DNA of 45,617 nucleotides from Gonapodya sp. JEL0774 (lineage: Eukaryota), in contig JADIIX010000076.1 of assembly GCA_027604505.1 (NCBI GenBank), positions 62,001 through 107,617 of the forward strand, in the 5' to 3' direction. The position numbers and the translations under genes were made by a program. Below the pieces are notes generated by a model, which was not told the DNA's origin, made no database searches, and worked only from the letters and a program-made list of their open reading frames with translations. Positions 24,329 through 36,875 of the stretch are shown one piece after another (within the stretch, counting starts at the first letter, position 1; every line of letters begins with the position of its first letter).

Positions 24329-26192
24329 ATGAGCGGACAGCAGAAAGTGATCGAGTTCGGCTACGATATTGTGTGTCCATGGCGAGTCAATCCGTCCGAT
24401 TCGCCTTGTTGGTTTTTTGATTGGACGGCTAAAGTTCCAAGTCGCACTCTAAAGGGCCTACATTGCATCTCGAAGAATCGAGAGCGTTGCTGCTCGGCAT
24501 CAAGCGAAAGTTATGTGGAAGCCTGTGCTTTTGGGAGGTGTGTTTGTCTCGATCGGAGTCGGAAGCGGGTTTGGGTAGTTCCGAACCCACAAACTTCCTT
24601 ATTCATGACCGACTCCGCAGGAATATACGATCTTGTGAATGCTGAATTTGGGAAAAATAACTCGGCTAGTGTTGCGTTTTCCAAATCCAAGGCGGCGTAC
24701 AGTGCGCGGGACTTTAAGCGGACTCTTTCACGCTGGAACGTCCCGCTGAAACAACACCCCAATCATCCGATACGGACGGTTAACGCCGGTCGACTTCTGT
24801 GGGCATGTCCTGACGCGCAACGACCTACACTATCACACGCCCTTTACAAGGCGTATTGGGTGGACAACCTCGATGTGTCCTCAATTAGTGTGCTGCAAAA
24901 TATTGTGGACAGCGTCGTTCCTGAACTTCAGATGGACGTGCAGTCCTCTGTCGATGATGAGAGGAACAAGGATCTCCTTCGAAAGGCCACTGAGGAAGCC
25001 GTAAAGGTACTCTTGTTTGAATGCCTACGACGCATTTCCCGTGATTTGATCAAAATATATCCAACAAAGCGTGGAACCCCAGGGGTACCGGCGATTTTTG
25101 TGCCGGATTCCAGGCTCAGTCAACAAGGTCGAATGTTTTGGGGAGGAGACAGAATTGTAGGTTTATTTCACAGCCAAGTGGATTCAACTCACGAGTGATG
25201 CGGCCGACTGTAGCACTTTGTGGAGGGAGCTCTTGCGTCTCTTGATCAACCCACACCCGAGATTGTTCCGGTCCCTATGCCTCGCTTCACCCGAGGACCT
25301 CTGATGCGGCCGCGAACTTTGCGAATGTGGTTCGATTTCAGCTCTCCGTGGACTTATCTTGGTTGGACTCAAGTATCCCGTATATTGGAGGAGGCTGGTC
25401 CGCTCTGTACTCTCGAGCTTAAACCCACCCTTTTGGGTATTGTATTCCAGCAAATAGGCACTCCAGTTGTTCCGTCTCTTGTTGTGAGCAAACAAAAGCG
25501 GGAATATTCTGGAAAAGACTTGGCTCTTTGGGTGGAATACTGGAGTAACGTGTGTGGACGTCAATAGTGCCCTCGCGTTGAGTGTCTCATTATCTATTGT
25601 AATTTTTTTCTTGATCCTCTGTTAAAGCTCCCGTATCCGGTGACTGGCGAGCGAAAGCGCGTCCGATTCCAGTTCAACACCAACTTCCCTTTGCGCACGC
25701 CTATTGCACTACGCATGGTAACAGCGGTTCAGGCTGAAGGTGCTTCCTTGCCAGAAGTTGTCAGACTAATCAACGTATTGTGTAAGGATACTTAATTTTC
25801 GTTCAACGTTCTTGGAGCAATCATCGTTGCATTTTTGCAGTCCAAGCATGTTGGGCGGATAACGTCGCTGTGTCCGATAAAGATCCCGAACCTCTCGTGG
25901 CGTACCTTCAATCCAAATCATTTGATGGTCGATCTCTTTTGGAGAAGGCACGATCTGCCACTGCGAACGAGACCCTAAGGCGCAACACTGCGGAGGCTGT
26001 GAGCGTGGGTGTCTGTGGATTCCCGAGTTTTCAGGTTCGTTTTCGATTAGATTCGTTCTGTTTGTCTGAAACCAAAACACCGTACTGTGCATACCTCTCT
26101 TCAATCAGGTGGATGGTGGCCAGCTGTTTTGGGGGCAAGACAGATTGGATGTTTTGTGTGATGAGTTATTCTCCGTAAAACAACAACTGTAA
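24329..26192 (+). CDS. Tandem two-domain GST-kappa / 2-hydroxychromene-2-carboxylate isomerase (DsbA-like) protein, 8 inferred exons
   Basis: Domain 1: FGYDIVCPWAYIAS...WKPVLLGGIY...RGTPGVPAIF...FWGGDRI. Domain 2: MWFDFSSPWTYLG...LKPTLLG...GVCGFPSFQV...FWGQDRL. Confidence 0.88.
24382..24454 (+). other. GC-AG intron (first intron of the GST-kappa gene)
   Basis: TG|GCGAGT...CTAAAG|G restores the conserved CPWAYIAS. Confidence 0.8.
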
Positions 26193-27035
26193 TAGCTCGA
26201 TGAGCGAAAATTAATAGTTTACGAAAAATACAAAAACGTTGTTTTGTGTGGACGGGGCACGGCTGGGCAACGTCGGTGGTGGGTGCACCATGAAGGATTA
26301 CATCATCAACCCTCCCCACACCCCAAGGTACCCCAGAAAAAGTTCAGAGTGCAGTCACCTCAAAAAGCAGTTTCACACGCCGGAAATACGCTCATCCTCA
26401 GACTTTGCAGCGTCTTGAAGAGGCCCAGGACTGGTGTGTTCGCAGGATGACCATTGACTTCTGATCCTTGATCGTTGGCTTGCATTCACGATCTCGCCCT
26501 TTCTGGATATCCACAAGCACTATATCATGCTTGCAGGAAAAGATTTTTTGGGACAGCGCATCAGTCTCGTTGAGTCGAACAATGACGGAGCAATCGCTGG
26601 TGCCAATGATGGGGCACGTTCCTTTGTCAACTATTCCATCGAGCACAGTTCGCTTGCTCCCGGTGGATATCCAAGCAACCTCGGATACAAAGCATCGAAA
26701 CTTGGCTACGAAGGAGATCAACACATGGCCGAGTGAGTTGCGCTCGGAGCTCCCTGTTTCCACAGGCGATTTGATATTGATTCGCGATACGTTGTATCAG
26801 AGCCCTGAAAATTGAGACCCACTTTTCCAGAGAGTGTGATACTCAATCATATCAGATTGAGAATCGGTGTCGCTACGACGGCCGGAGAACATTAACCGCC
26901 CGAATAGACAGCCAACTTCCCACACCCGCCCGGAATAGTGACGAGAGGCCCACGGAGACACTGTTACCTTCCTTTGCAAGCACATTTCAATGGGATAGAG
27001 CAAATGGTTATCCAAGCTACATACGTGGATCTCCG

Positions 27036-28382
27036 ATGCTCAATTCTGACTCCTGTCTACCGACTTTGACGAGAACGGTGTACACCTCTCCTGGCTCAAC
27101 AGCAGATCACGAGCAGAGCAATATTACCGCTCTTTCTACTTCTCTGTGGCAGATTCCCTCTCAGCTTGTCGGGCTGCAGTTCTATTCCAGGGGGTTTGAT
27201 TCACCAATTCGAACGGCTAGGTCCCAGAGCCAGTCCTTTCTCATCACCCCCCCACGTGATCCCAGTCCCACTGGGCAGGGCCACCCAGCCCACACAGCCA
27301 TTGCTCTAAAGTGTAAAGGGTTCTTGGAGCAGAGACTTGCGGATACATCTGGCAACTCCGCGATGGGCAGTTCCGGGTTTGGTTCGAGGAATATAAGCGA
27401 ATCTAAAATAAAATTGGAGCCAGACGGCACGTCGCAAATACGGTTCGCTAAGGAGGAACGGGGCGGATTTTCTTTAAGTGATCTGGCCCTCACTGTTGGG
27501 ACTTTGGCTAATCAGCAAACCCGCCATCCCTGGCCAACAAGTTCGGTTGACTCCACCATTGCTTTGTGCAGTCAAGATGCAGATCAAAAACCAGATCGCT
27601 CATCCCAGTTTGAGGGAATATCACGAAGGATTTCCGGAGTTGAAGCATCAAAAGAAATTCCAGTTGCGACGTTCCCGTATGGAATGGAGAGTATGGACAA
27701 CACTGGGGCGCTCGAGTCCGCAAAACACCCAAAGCCCGTCGCCGTGGGATTGGAGGCATCAACGTCACTCTCTCAGCACCTTCAAGCCGCAGAGGCTCTG
27801 TTCTCCATCGCCGGGATGACCCCACCGAGAAACAATGCTGCCCACGCTCGCAAATCCAATCGACCTCTCCGATCTATCAAGGAGGAAGCTAAAGATTTCA
27901 TGCAAGATTTGACAGAAAATTCTGACGAGATAACACCAACACGGAAGTCAAAGGTATCTACTAAATCCAGGAGAAAGCCGGGTCAGATGAAGGAAGCAAA
28001 CGTGAAATGCCGGGCATGTGGCAAACTATTTACCACAACGTGAGTCGGCTCTACTCCCCCATGCATTGATTTTCCGTTATCTGACTATGTCTGCATTCTC
28101 ACAACAGCGCACACCTTTCCAGGCATCAAAGAGTACACTCCGGAGTGCGACCTTACAAGTGTGGTGTAACTGAATGCTCCCTCACGTTCACTAGGCGCGA
28201 TAACGCTTTGCAGGTTTGTGAGCCGAAACGACCAAGATGCTCGCCAACATCGGATATTGACTCGCTCGATCTACTTGACTGTATAGCACACTCGCTCCCA
28301 CCTCCGAAAGCTGAAAGCTGCTGCAGACGCGCTCCTTGCTGGCAGGGAACCGACGGCTCGAGGTGAAGTAGTGGAGGCGTAA
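27036..28382 (+). CDS. Two-finger C2H2 transcription factor, Nrg1-like; introns 28040-28107 and 28214-28286; start uncertain
   Basis: Spliced fingers CRACGKLFTTT|AHLSRHQRVHSGVRPYKCGVTECSLTFTRRDNALQ|HTRSH resemble fungal Nrg1 (FTT..HL.RH...R.DN.LQH). Confidence 0.82.
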
Positions 28383-28735
28383 TGCGGTTGATCAAAGATC
28401 AAACAGCTTTATAAATCTTCGCACGGGGTTAGTATGAGTGAGGAATTTGTTTGGGGGGGTTTATTTTAATCACGAAGGCAGAAGAAGCGCTCGGCCCGTA
28501 GTTGACGGAATCTGTTTTGCTGGGCGGTTAGTACGGTGACAGAAGTCCCGATCAAACGACAATTTTCGGCTTTGCAATATTCTATCGCGGCATCACCGGT
28601 GTGTCCATCAGTAGCAAATTTAGGCCGTCTTGCTTGTCCGTATCTCCGTCTTCGGCTCACTTTTGAGCCGTCGTTCTCCCGTTTCTTTGCCTTTCATCAG
28701 CACTTCCAATCCGCAATCACCGTTTCTATTCACAA

Positions 28736-31142
28736 ATGGCTCCTGTCCAAGAATACCTGAAGTTCTACATCAACGGAGAGGCAAGAATTATACTCGAGTG
28801 CTTTGCTTCGGAAGCGAGCTAAATACCGCTCCTACGTTTCCATTCCCGTTATTTTTGCTCCGCCGCCTTCCAATCATGTTGCTGGAAACATAACATGAAA
28901 CGATGATGCGTTTGCAATTCATGGTCGGCTCGGCTCCTGCGTGTCATCTGTTCGGTACGTGTAGTGGGTTGACCCGGTTGGGCCTGTTCGCACACACGAC
29001 GTTGTGAACCCGGCGACGGAGGAAGTGGTCGCTCGTATCGCCCTGGGGACGAAAGAGGACGTTGATCGTGCTGTACAGGCGGCCAAGGAGGCGTTCCCCG
29101 CCTTTGCCGCTACCACTCCCGAGTACCGCGCCGAACTATTGGAGAAGATTGTCAGTGCTTACAACAAGCGCAAAGAAGCGATTGCGGAAAGTATTTCCAA
29201 GGAAATGGGTGCACCCTTGGTGAGTCCGAAAAATATTGACTTAGTCTTGCTCGGAATCGTTATCCATCTTTACGATTTATCTCCAGTGGCTGGCCAAAAC
29301 TGCCCAGCAAGCTGCAGGCATGGGTCACTTCAAAGCTTGTGCAGAGGTTCTGAGGAAAGGTGGTGAGTACCCAAACGAGCAATTTCGTCGTTATTTGTAC
29401 CTCCGCCTGCTGCAAAGTGCACTGCATTCTTTTGCCATATCACAAAAAGCCATCAAGTTCGCCGAAAACAGGGGGTCGCACATCATTCGTCGTGAACCCA
29501 TCGGCGTCTGCGGCTTCATTACGCCATGGAACTGGCCCGCCAATCAGATTGGCAACAAGGTCGCTCCCGCAATTGCTGCTGGCTGCACCTGTGTCCTCAA
29601 GCCTTCGGAACTCGCCCCTATCGACGCTATTCTGATTATGGAAGCCATTCATGAGGCTGGAGTACCGAAGGGTGTGGTTAACCTTGTCAATGGCGACGGT
29701 GAGTGATGGGTATGAGTACATGGAGAGGTATCAAAATTTGACGTGCGCTCAATTCAGGTCCCGGTGTCGGACAGGCGATCTCGGCTCACGAAGATATTGA
29801 GATGGTTTCATTCACTGGCAGCACAAGGGCTGGTATTGAAGTCGCGAAAGCTGCTGCCGCGACTGTCAAACGAGTCGCTCAAGGTAATTTGAAGCACCCC
29901 ACTTCGTTGCAGTTCCTCAACGCATAACTGAATCGAGACTCAATCAGAACTCGGTGGAAAGTCTCCCAACATCGTCACCCCGGACGCCCCACTCGGTAGG
30001 TTGAAATGATGTTATGGCTGAATGATTCCTGAGATTGCTTAATTCGCAACTTCATCTGATTTCAGAGGAGGCTATCACCAAGTACGATCTCTTTAATGCT
30101 GGACTGCCTGGCTGAATTTTTAACCATGAGGCTGTTTCGTTTCAGGGGTGTAATCACTATGATGAACAACTCCGGACAATCGGTGAGGTTATGTTTAGAA
30201 GAATGCATCACACTCGAGTTATCTCAACGGTATGTCCAAACCTGTCAGTGCAATGCTCCCTCTCGCATGCTCGTCCACCGGTCACAGTATCAGCAAGCTG
30301 TAGAAATCGCAGCCAGGGTTGCCAAGGGTGTGAAGGTTGCGGACCCCAGCAAGGCTGGTCGCGGTGAGATTGGACCTGTCGCCAATGCCAACCAGTTCAA
30401 GAAGATCCAGGCGCTGTTGCAAAAGGGAATCGACGAAGGTGCCACACCGGTCGTCGGAGGACCTGGAAGGCCGGATGGGTTCTCTAAGGGCTACTACATT
30501 AAGCCTACAATCTTCGCCAACGTAAACAACAACATGACCATTGCTCGGGAAGAAATCTTCGGGTGAGTTGGCCGCCGAACACAGTGGTACCGCCTGTTTC
30601 TCACTTCGTTGGCAAACCCGGACGTTCTTGACAGCCCCGTTCTCTGCATGCGTATGTTAAGAAGAAAGGAATTGAGTGAATTAGTTCTCAGGTTAATCCC
30701 TCATCCATTTAGTTCCGTATGATAACCTGGAGCAGGCCATCCAGATTGCCAACGACACTCCCTACGGTCTTTCCGCTTACGTCTATGGTTCGTGCCCAAA
30801 ATCTTGGTGAACAGCGACCTCAATGCGTTTTCAACAAGGACTCGTGTTTTTCTCCTCTTGCACAGCCAAAGATGGCCTCTCCGCTGCGAAGATTGCCTCT
30901 CGCCTCCGTGCCGGCAACGTGCACCTTCAGGGTAAGAACAGCGACTCCCACACTCCATTTGGTGGTTTCAAGCAGTCCGGTAACGGGCGCGAAGCCGGAG
31001 AGTTTGGCATCCTGGAGTTTTTGTGAGTTTGTTCGAGTTTATATGTTTTTTTATGAGGTGCTCCTTGTTTATATGACTGCGAACTCGTTTTAGGGAGATC
31101 AAGGCTGTCATTGGTGCGCCAGCGGAAGCTGCTCGCCTGTAG
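28736..31142 (+). CDS. NAD(P)-dependent aldehyde dehydrogenase, 13 inferred exons, C-terminal PTS1 (-ARL)
   Basis: [41 protein letters not shown], catalytic Glu in QELGGKSP, catalytic Cys in [30 protein letters not shown]. Ends EAARL*. Confidence 0.96.
28781..28964 (+). other. GC-AG intron (first intron of ALDH)
   Basis: GAG|GCAAGA...GTGTAG|TGG gives the conserved FYINGEWV in phase 0. Confidence 0.78.
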
Positions 31143-31334
31143 TTGATTCTCTGAGAGAACTCATTGATGTATTCAGTGTCGCATATTCCAAATATCATTG
31201 AATCATGTCAGTCGTTCCCAAAATACTGTGTAGCTTCACCTTCAAAGCAAATGTCAACCAGGATATGTACCTCACATCGACATTTGAAGAATAAAAGGAG
31301 CCAACATTTAGACTGTAGATGCTGATAATCTATA

Positions 31335-33199
31335 TTACGAAACAGTGACTCTAAAAAACACGTCTTTCCCAGTGAAACGGCTGTACGAGTTGTCAAAGAC
31401 CTATCACCCATTCCAAGCGGTGGGAGTTTCAACGCAAGTCGCATCGCGTAACAACATTTAATGAACCTACCAGTTGCAGCGTCCCTGCTTTGTCAGCTTT
31501 GATGATACCTTTCCCGCTCTCAGCTCGCTTTACTTCGAGGTCGTCGGTACTTGGTGTTTCGGCCGAAACCAGCTTGGCCCCAACTGCAATATCGCCGGAC
31601 CCTGGAAGGACCAGTATGTGATTGGGGATGATGCGTACCAGCGTGCAGATGTGATGACCAACTCACCTTCAACGATCCATTCGTAAATAATTTCGGAAGG
31701 GACCTTGGAGATTTCTTGCTCCACAACCTTGGAGCAGCAAAATTTAACGGCGTTTCACAGGTACCCGTTGAAGTATTGCAAATGCCCACCTTCTTCTCGC
31801 CAGCAAGAATAGAGACCTTGTCGACCCCTTTCCCGGCCTCCTGAGATGTCACGGTGTCGAACTTTTGATAACGGAGGATGGGGGCGTGCGAGGCCCTCAA
31901 AGTCCAAAGCCAGTTCACAGATTCAAATCCGACAAACTTACCCCGCCGTACATTGCCGGCAGCTCCGTGGGAGCGATATATTGGAGGAGCGTGCTCCGAA
32001 CAGAACCAGACGCGACCATGGAGAATTTTGCCAGGGTTTTGGCGCTGGAGAGGCGGGAGAGGAGGGTGAAGACCCACTCCATGAGTGTCTTGATGGACGG
32101 TAAAAATTTAAGATTCCGATGAGGCACAATATGCAGAGGTGATTATTCTTACCGGAATATGAAGGAAGAACTTTCGCTCCAGAACTAATCACGGGGCAGT
32201 TGTAGTTGAAGGGGGGGGGGGGGGGGGAAAGGGGGGAAAACAAGGCTTTGTACATTTAATTGATGTTGAAGAAGAAGCAAGGTGCTCACATTCGGGATAG
32301 TTCTCCTGGAAGCGCTCGATGATGATCTTGCTTGCCTGAGGGGGAACAGGTTTAGAAGTACCCACCTTCAAAAATCGTGCTCTCTCCAATTACTTACAGC
32401 GCGAACATCTTGGTTCATTCCAAAGAAAGATACACCAGAATAGTCGTGAACTTGAGTCACTCGTTCGACCCCGCTCTCAAAGTCCAGCAACGCGACGGCC
32501 TTCTCCATGAGCTGGACGCGCCACCGGATGAACGTATCGACACCGCCTTTAAATATCTGTTCACGTATGAAGTGAGGTTTCGGTTGTTGGACACAACGTC
32601 AAAGAATGTTAGCGGGGAACGGCATGGAAATCCACGGAGTATGTGTCCCTACAATCACTCACCACACTGTAGTTTAAGTCTCCGTAAGTGTTGTACGTTA
32701 CAGGATGACCCTGGCGATCCTTGCCGTAGACAAAACCGGCTTGGTCAAAAGCAGGGTCGAACTTCTCGGCAAGGAGACCGTTGATGTTGAACTCTTTTCT
32801 CCATTTGAGGCATTTGATGAGCATATCCTTGGCATTGTCTATATCGAATTCCCTCTTTTTCATCAAAGGAAGCGAGCATCACTTTCATCGAAACTCGTGG
32901 AACGAACGGAACCAGATCCATTACACCATCACTTACGGCGCGAAGAAACTTGAGCAAAACAATCGTTTGGCTTTTGGAGAGCTCGGAGAGATCTTTCACG
33001 CTCACTCCCCAGATTGTGAGCTAGTTCCCCAAGCGTTCCCCAAGTGTGTTGAGAAAGTTTGTGTCGGTTCTCGTGGTTACAACGCACCCACATTCTCATC
33101 AGGGAAACCGAGCTCCGGAATTTCCTTTGCAAGTTTGATTTTGAGCGTTCCAAGAGCGGCTTCTTGCTCGGCAGACAAATCGCCTGGGAATCCGCTCAT
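31335..33199 (-). CDS. Sec14/CRAL-TRIO lipid-transfer protein (Sfh5/patellin-like) with a C-terminal GOLD domain, multi-exon
   Basis: LLKFLRA|REFD..A..ML..CLKWRKEF, GKDRQGHPVTYNTYG, FIRWRVQLMEKA, FQENYPE|FLERKFFLHIP and ELPAMYGG. The GOLD-like tail is IIYEWIVE..GDIAVG...KAGTLQL|VFDNSYSRFTGKDVFFRV. Confidence 0.9.
32211..32236 (+). repeat. G17-AAA-G6 homopolymer tract inside an intron of the Sec14-GOLD gene
   Basis: Read directly from the sequence. Confidence 0.9.
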
Positions 33200-33355
33200 G
33201 TTGTGGGAAATGTGGGAATGTGAGCCAATAGGGAGAATCGATACCAAGGCCGGGTGTTCCCTGTCCCGAGTCCACGGTACCAGCAACAAGAGACCGCGCT
33301 TCACAAGCCCATCGGCAGCGCAGGCCACAGAATTATTGCATCGCATTCAAAACCA

Positions 33356-36300
33356 ATGGAAGTAAGCAGCTGAGATAAGGAAAAATGATCTCGTGAAACA
33401 GCAGATATTGTTTCTTATCGCTTCTCTCGCTATCGTTAGTCGGACTTTGAGTTTGCTCTGCGACTTCAGAACGAGGAGAATGCTGCAGATACCTCCGCAC
33501 AAATCACCACTGCTGCAGGCAGTAGTGCCATTAAGGCAGACGAAATCTTTGCGCGTAAGCTTCAAAGCGAGCTCTCCGGTGCCTCCAACCTCGGACAGCT
33601 GGAAAGCGGTGAAGTCGATGCAGACGAACTTCTCGCACGTACACTTCAAGCTGAATTCGACGCCGTTCAAGACGAACCTGCCTACTCCGATATACCAGCT
33701 TTCAATGTAGATAGTGATGACGAGGAGGTGGATTCTGATTCTTCACGATGGAAGTACTACAATAATGAAGAATCGCGTTACCTAGAGGACAACGAAATGG
33801 ACATGGAAGAGGACGAAGAACTGCAGTTTTCTGCCCCTACATTAAAGCGTAAACATGCGGGAATTTTGGACTCGGCCAAAAGTAAACGGCACAAGGCAGA
33901 AAGTACATCGGCTCCAAAACAGACCCCGACGATTCAAAGAGGATTGTCTTTGCTGGACAGCTCCCCTTCTCCTCTCGTGAACTTCTTTTCGAGATATCGA
34001 TCACCACCTCCGTGCCCGAAATGCAATGCCCGGCTGCTGCCGGACAGTACCGCTCTGGACGTCACGTGGCCACTTTCGGACATTCTCTTTCCTTTGACCG
34101 TATCGTCTGTTTCCGCTGAAGAGCTTGAGAATTGCATTCGCTCTGCAATCCACCTTCGATGCTCTTGCTCCGTCCCCGGGGTGTGTCTCGGCTGCTTTCA
34201 AGTTCTCACACCTGAAGATGTGGAGGACGGACCGATTAACCATTGCGGTGCAGCAAGGCTTCTCTGTGTTTTCGGCGTGTTAGATTTCTTGGCTTATCTC
34301 AACACGGAAGAAAATCCAGTTATTCCGGAAGCGCCTAAGGGGACAACCGGACGTGGTGGCAATCGTCGGCGCAGGGGCAACAGTAGTCAGCCGAAGGGTG
34401 TAGGATATGGGACGGTAAGCTTCGCAAAACCCAAGCTAACGTGGCAACTCTACTCAAGTGGCCAAATCTAATCTGTGTCCATTCATCAGGGTCACAATTG
34501 GGACTCAAGGAATCACACCGGCAGGGAAACGCTGCAAGCGGCCGAGAACCTCAAACGAGTCAAAATCGACGCAGATGCTTCGAAATGCCTCGACGCCCTG
34601 TGCGCGTTCTTGCCCAATTCGTCGCGACCCGCTATCGCTGACCTGTTACCTCACGAGTGTCTTCCAGAGCTGTTGACGAAATCGATATTCATCCAGCTTG
34701 TCACTGCGTATCTTAGGTATGTATATCGAATTGACAATGTTTACCTGATGGATTGACCGTCTTCGCACCGTCTCACACGGCCAACAGGAACGATTCACTG
34801 CTGGACATAACCGCCCGCTTCTCATTCTACAGTCGCGTGCTCAAGGTTCTCGATGCATTGACCTGCCATGAAGTCCTGCTTCCGATTCTTTCAGACTCCT
34901 TTCCTGATCCTGCCCACTCGGCTCCCTCTGGCGCCCAAGTATCTCCATCTTCATCGTCAGTCGATCCACCACCATCAAAAAGCTCGCGGAAATCCAGAGC
35001 TGCACAGTCCAAATCCCAGGAGATCGAAACTGATGGGGGTTCGAGCAACATTCGGCCCCCATCAGCCGTTGTGGAGAGGACTGTCCCTCTGAAGACACTT
35101 CTCGGCTCGCTTGTCAGGCAAGCGGATATCTTCATAAAGGCGGCCTCAGCGAGTGTAGGGGAAGATGCACAGACCGTGGAAGCGCTCTCTCTGGCACTGG
35201 ATTTGCGAACCATGTCGGAAGGACTCACTCAAAAGATCCAAGAATTTCACGAACTTAGAGGTGTCGCGGAGGATGCTCACGGAGATCACGATTCAAGTCG
35301 TAAGGCAACAGTGGAAGGGGTCTCCGTGGAAGAGGAGTACATTCGTCTTTTGAAGCCTCTAGCCTTTGATCAATGCACGATCTTGAGTGGGGATGAAGTT
35401 ACAGCAAGCTCCCATCAACCTGCGTATGGAGCAAAAACGGCACAGCTATTCACAAATTCGGCGCCTGGGAAGCGCACATTGCAGTGAGTTGATGAAATGT
35501 CACTGCTGTCGCTGTAACATTCGTGTTCCGAATCGTGTACAATTCGCTCAATCAAGCATCGCGAAAGAGATGGCGACTCTCAGTACCTCCCTTCCGATAT
35601 CCAAATCATCCTCGATATTTGTTCGCATTGATGAAGACCGTGTGGATCGAATGCGTGCTTTGATATCGGGACCTGGTGAGCTCGCTGGTTGTGATGTAAT
35701 CACATCTTCGGGGTAAATCTGATTGAATGGGTGCACGTACCTGTTCTCAGACGGTACTCCATACTCGTAAGTTTTAAGAATTCTTCTATCTTTTGCTCAT
35801 CTCTCAAATATGTCCTTTAATGTTGCAGCTTCGGTCTCTGGTTGTTTGATCTGACTTTTCCCGCAGACTACCCAAACGTGCCCCCACACGTGAAAAACCT
35901 CACTACAGGTTAGCACTCACCGTCAACTTCTATTTGCGAATAAGTGCTTACGAATGTGGCCACATACACGATTAAAGGAGCGGGGGCAGTGCGGTTTAAC
36001 CCCAATTTGTACAATGATGGAAAGGTTGGTTCCCTCTCGTTAGATTATGTTCGACCTCGGCTGAAATATAACCGTACTTTTTTTAAGGTTTGCCTGTCAT
36101 TGTTGGGTACATGGTCAGGAGCACCAGAGGTTCGTACGTTTTCAAACTTGCAGTTACACGTTGAAGGTTGTAGCGTTCCTTGTATCCAGGAAATGTGGAT
36201 GCCGGGCCGTTCTACGATTCTTCAAGTCTTCATGAGCATTTCATCTATGATTCTGGTTGAGCTTCCTTACTTCAGTGAGGTGATGTGTCCGTCCGTTTGA

Positions 36301-36875
36301 CGAATCTCACTCATCTCACCTGAACGACTCAGACGAACCCGGATACGGCGCGCCAGTTGCATCAAACCAGAGCTCAAAACAGTACAACTACAACATTCGA
36401 AGACAAACCATTCGGTGAGAATAGTACTGGTCGGTTGCTCTGCTCTGAAAGAGATCATTCACGCCTGCAATCCAGATGGGCAGTGATCGATCAACTTCGA
36501 AATCCTCCAAAGGGCTTTGAAGCGGTAGTGAAGAATCACTTCAGAATTCTGAAACAGGAAATACTAACAACCGCTACCAAGTGGGCGGAGGAGGACCGAG
36601 AAATCCTACCGACGAACCAGCCTCTTTTCAACGGCATCGCAGTGGGGTTCCCTCTGCTTCCTGCTCAACCTTTTCGTGGCAGAGCTTGTAAAAGGGGGGG
36701 GCTGGGCCGAGGTAGTGCAGGGTATGGAAGTGGAACCTCAATTGGAGCTGTTGCTGGGGGTGTGTTGGATGCCTCAAGTGAAGAAAAGGGCAAAGGCGCT
36801 GTACCAGCTGCAAAGTACAATGCCGGCTGGGACACGCTATTAAAAGATCTTCAGACGGAGTTAGACAATTTGTGA
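33356..36875 (+). CDS. Large ubiquitin-conjugating enzyme of the BIRC6/BRUCE-like class, with N-terminal MIU-like motifs and a Cys-rich module, 12 inferred exons
   Basis: UBC domain SIFVRIDEDRVDRMRALISGP|DGTPYS|FGLWLFD...VRFNPNLYNDGK|VCLSLLGTWSG...PYFNEPGYG with the catalytic Cys. Upstream KGVGYGT and YL|RNDSLLDI resemble BIRC6. Confidence 0.9.

Noticed and set aside
24299..25198. 299-aa ORF read as a single-exon protein or frameshifted pseudogene
   Set aside because: It reads through introns. The conserved motifs are restored by splicing, so the gene appears intact.
26181..26192. C-terminal QQL of the GST-kappa protein as a PTS1
   Set aside because: Poor match to [SAC][KRH]L.
26193..27035. 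Short ORFs upstream of the zinc-finger gene (e.g. 26468-26815)
   Set aside because: No homology. They could be 5' exons (GTGAGT at 26732) or regulatory DNA, and I cannot resolve which from sequence.
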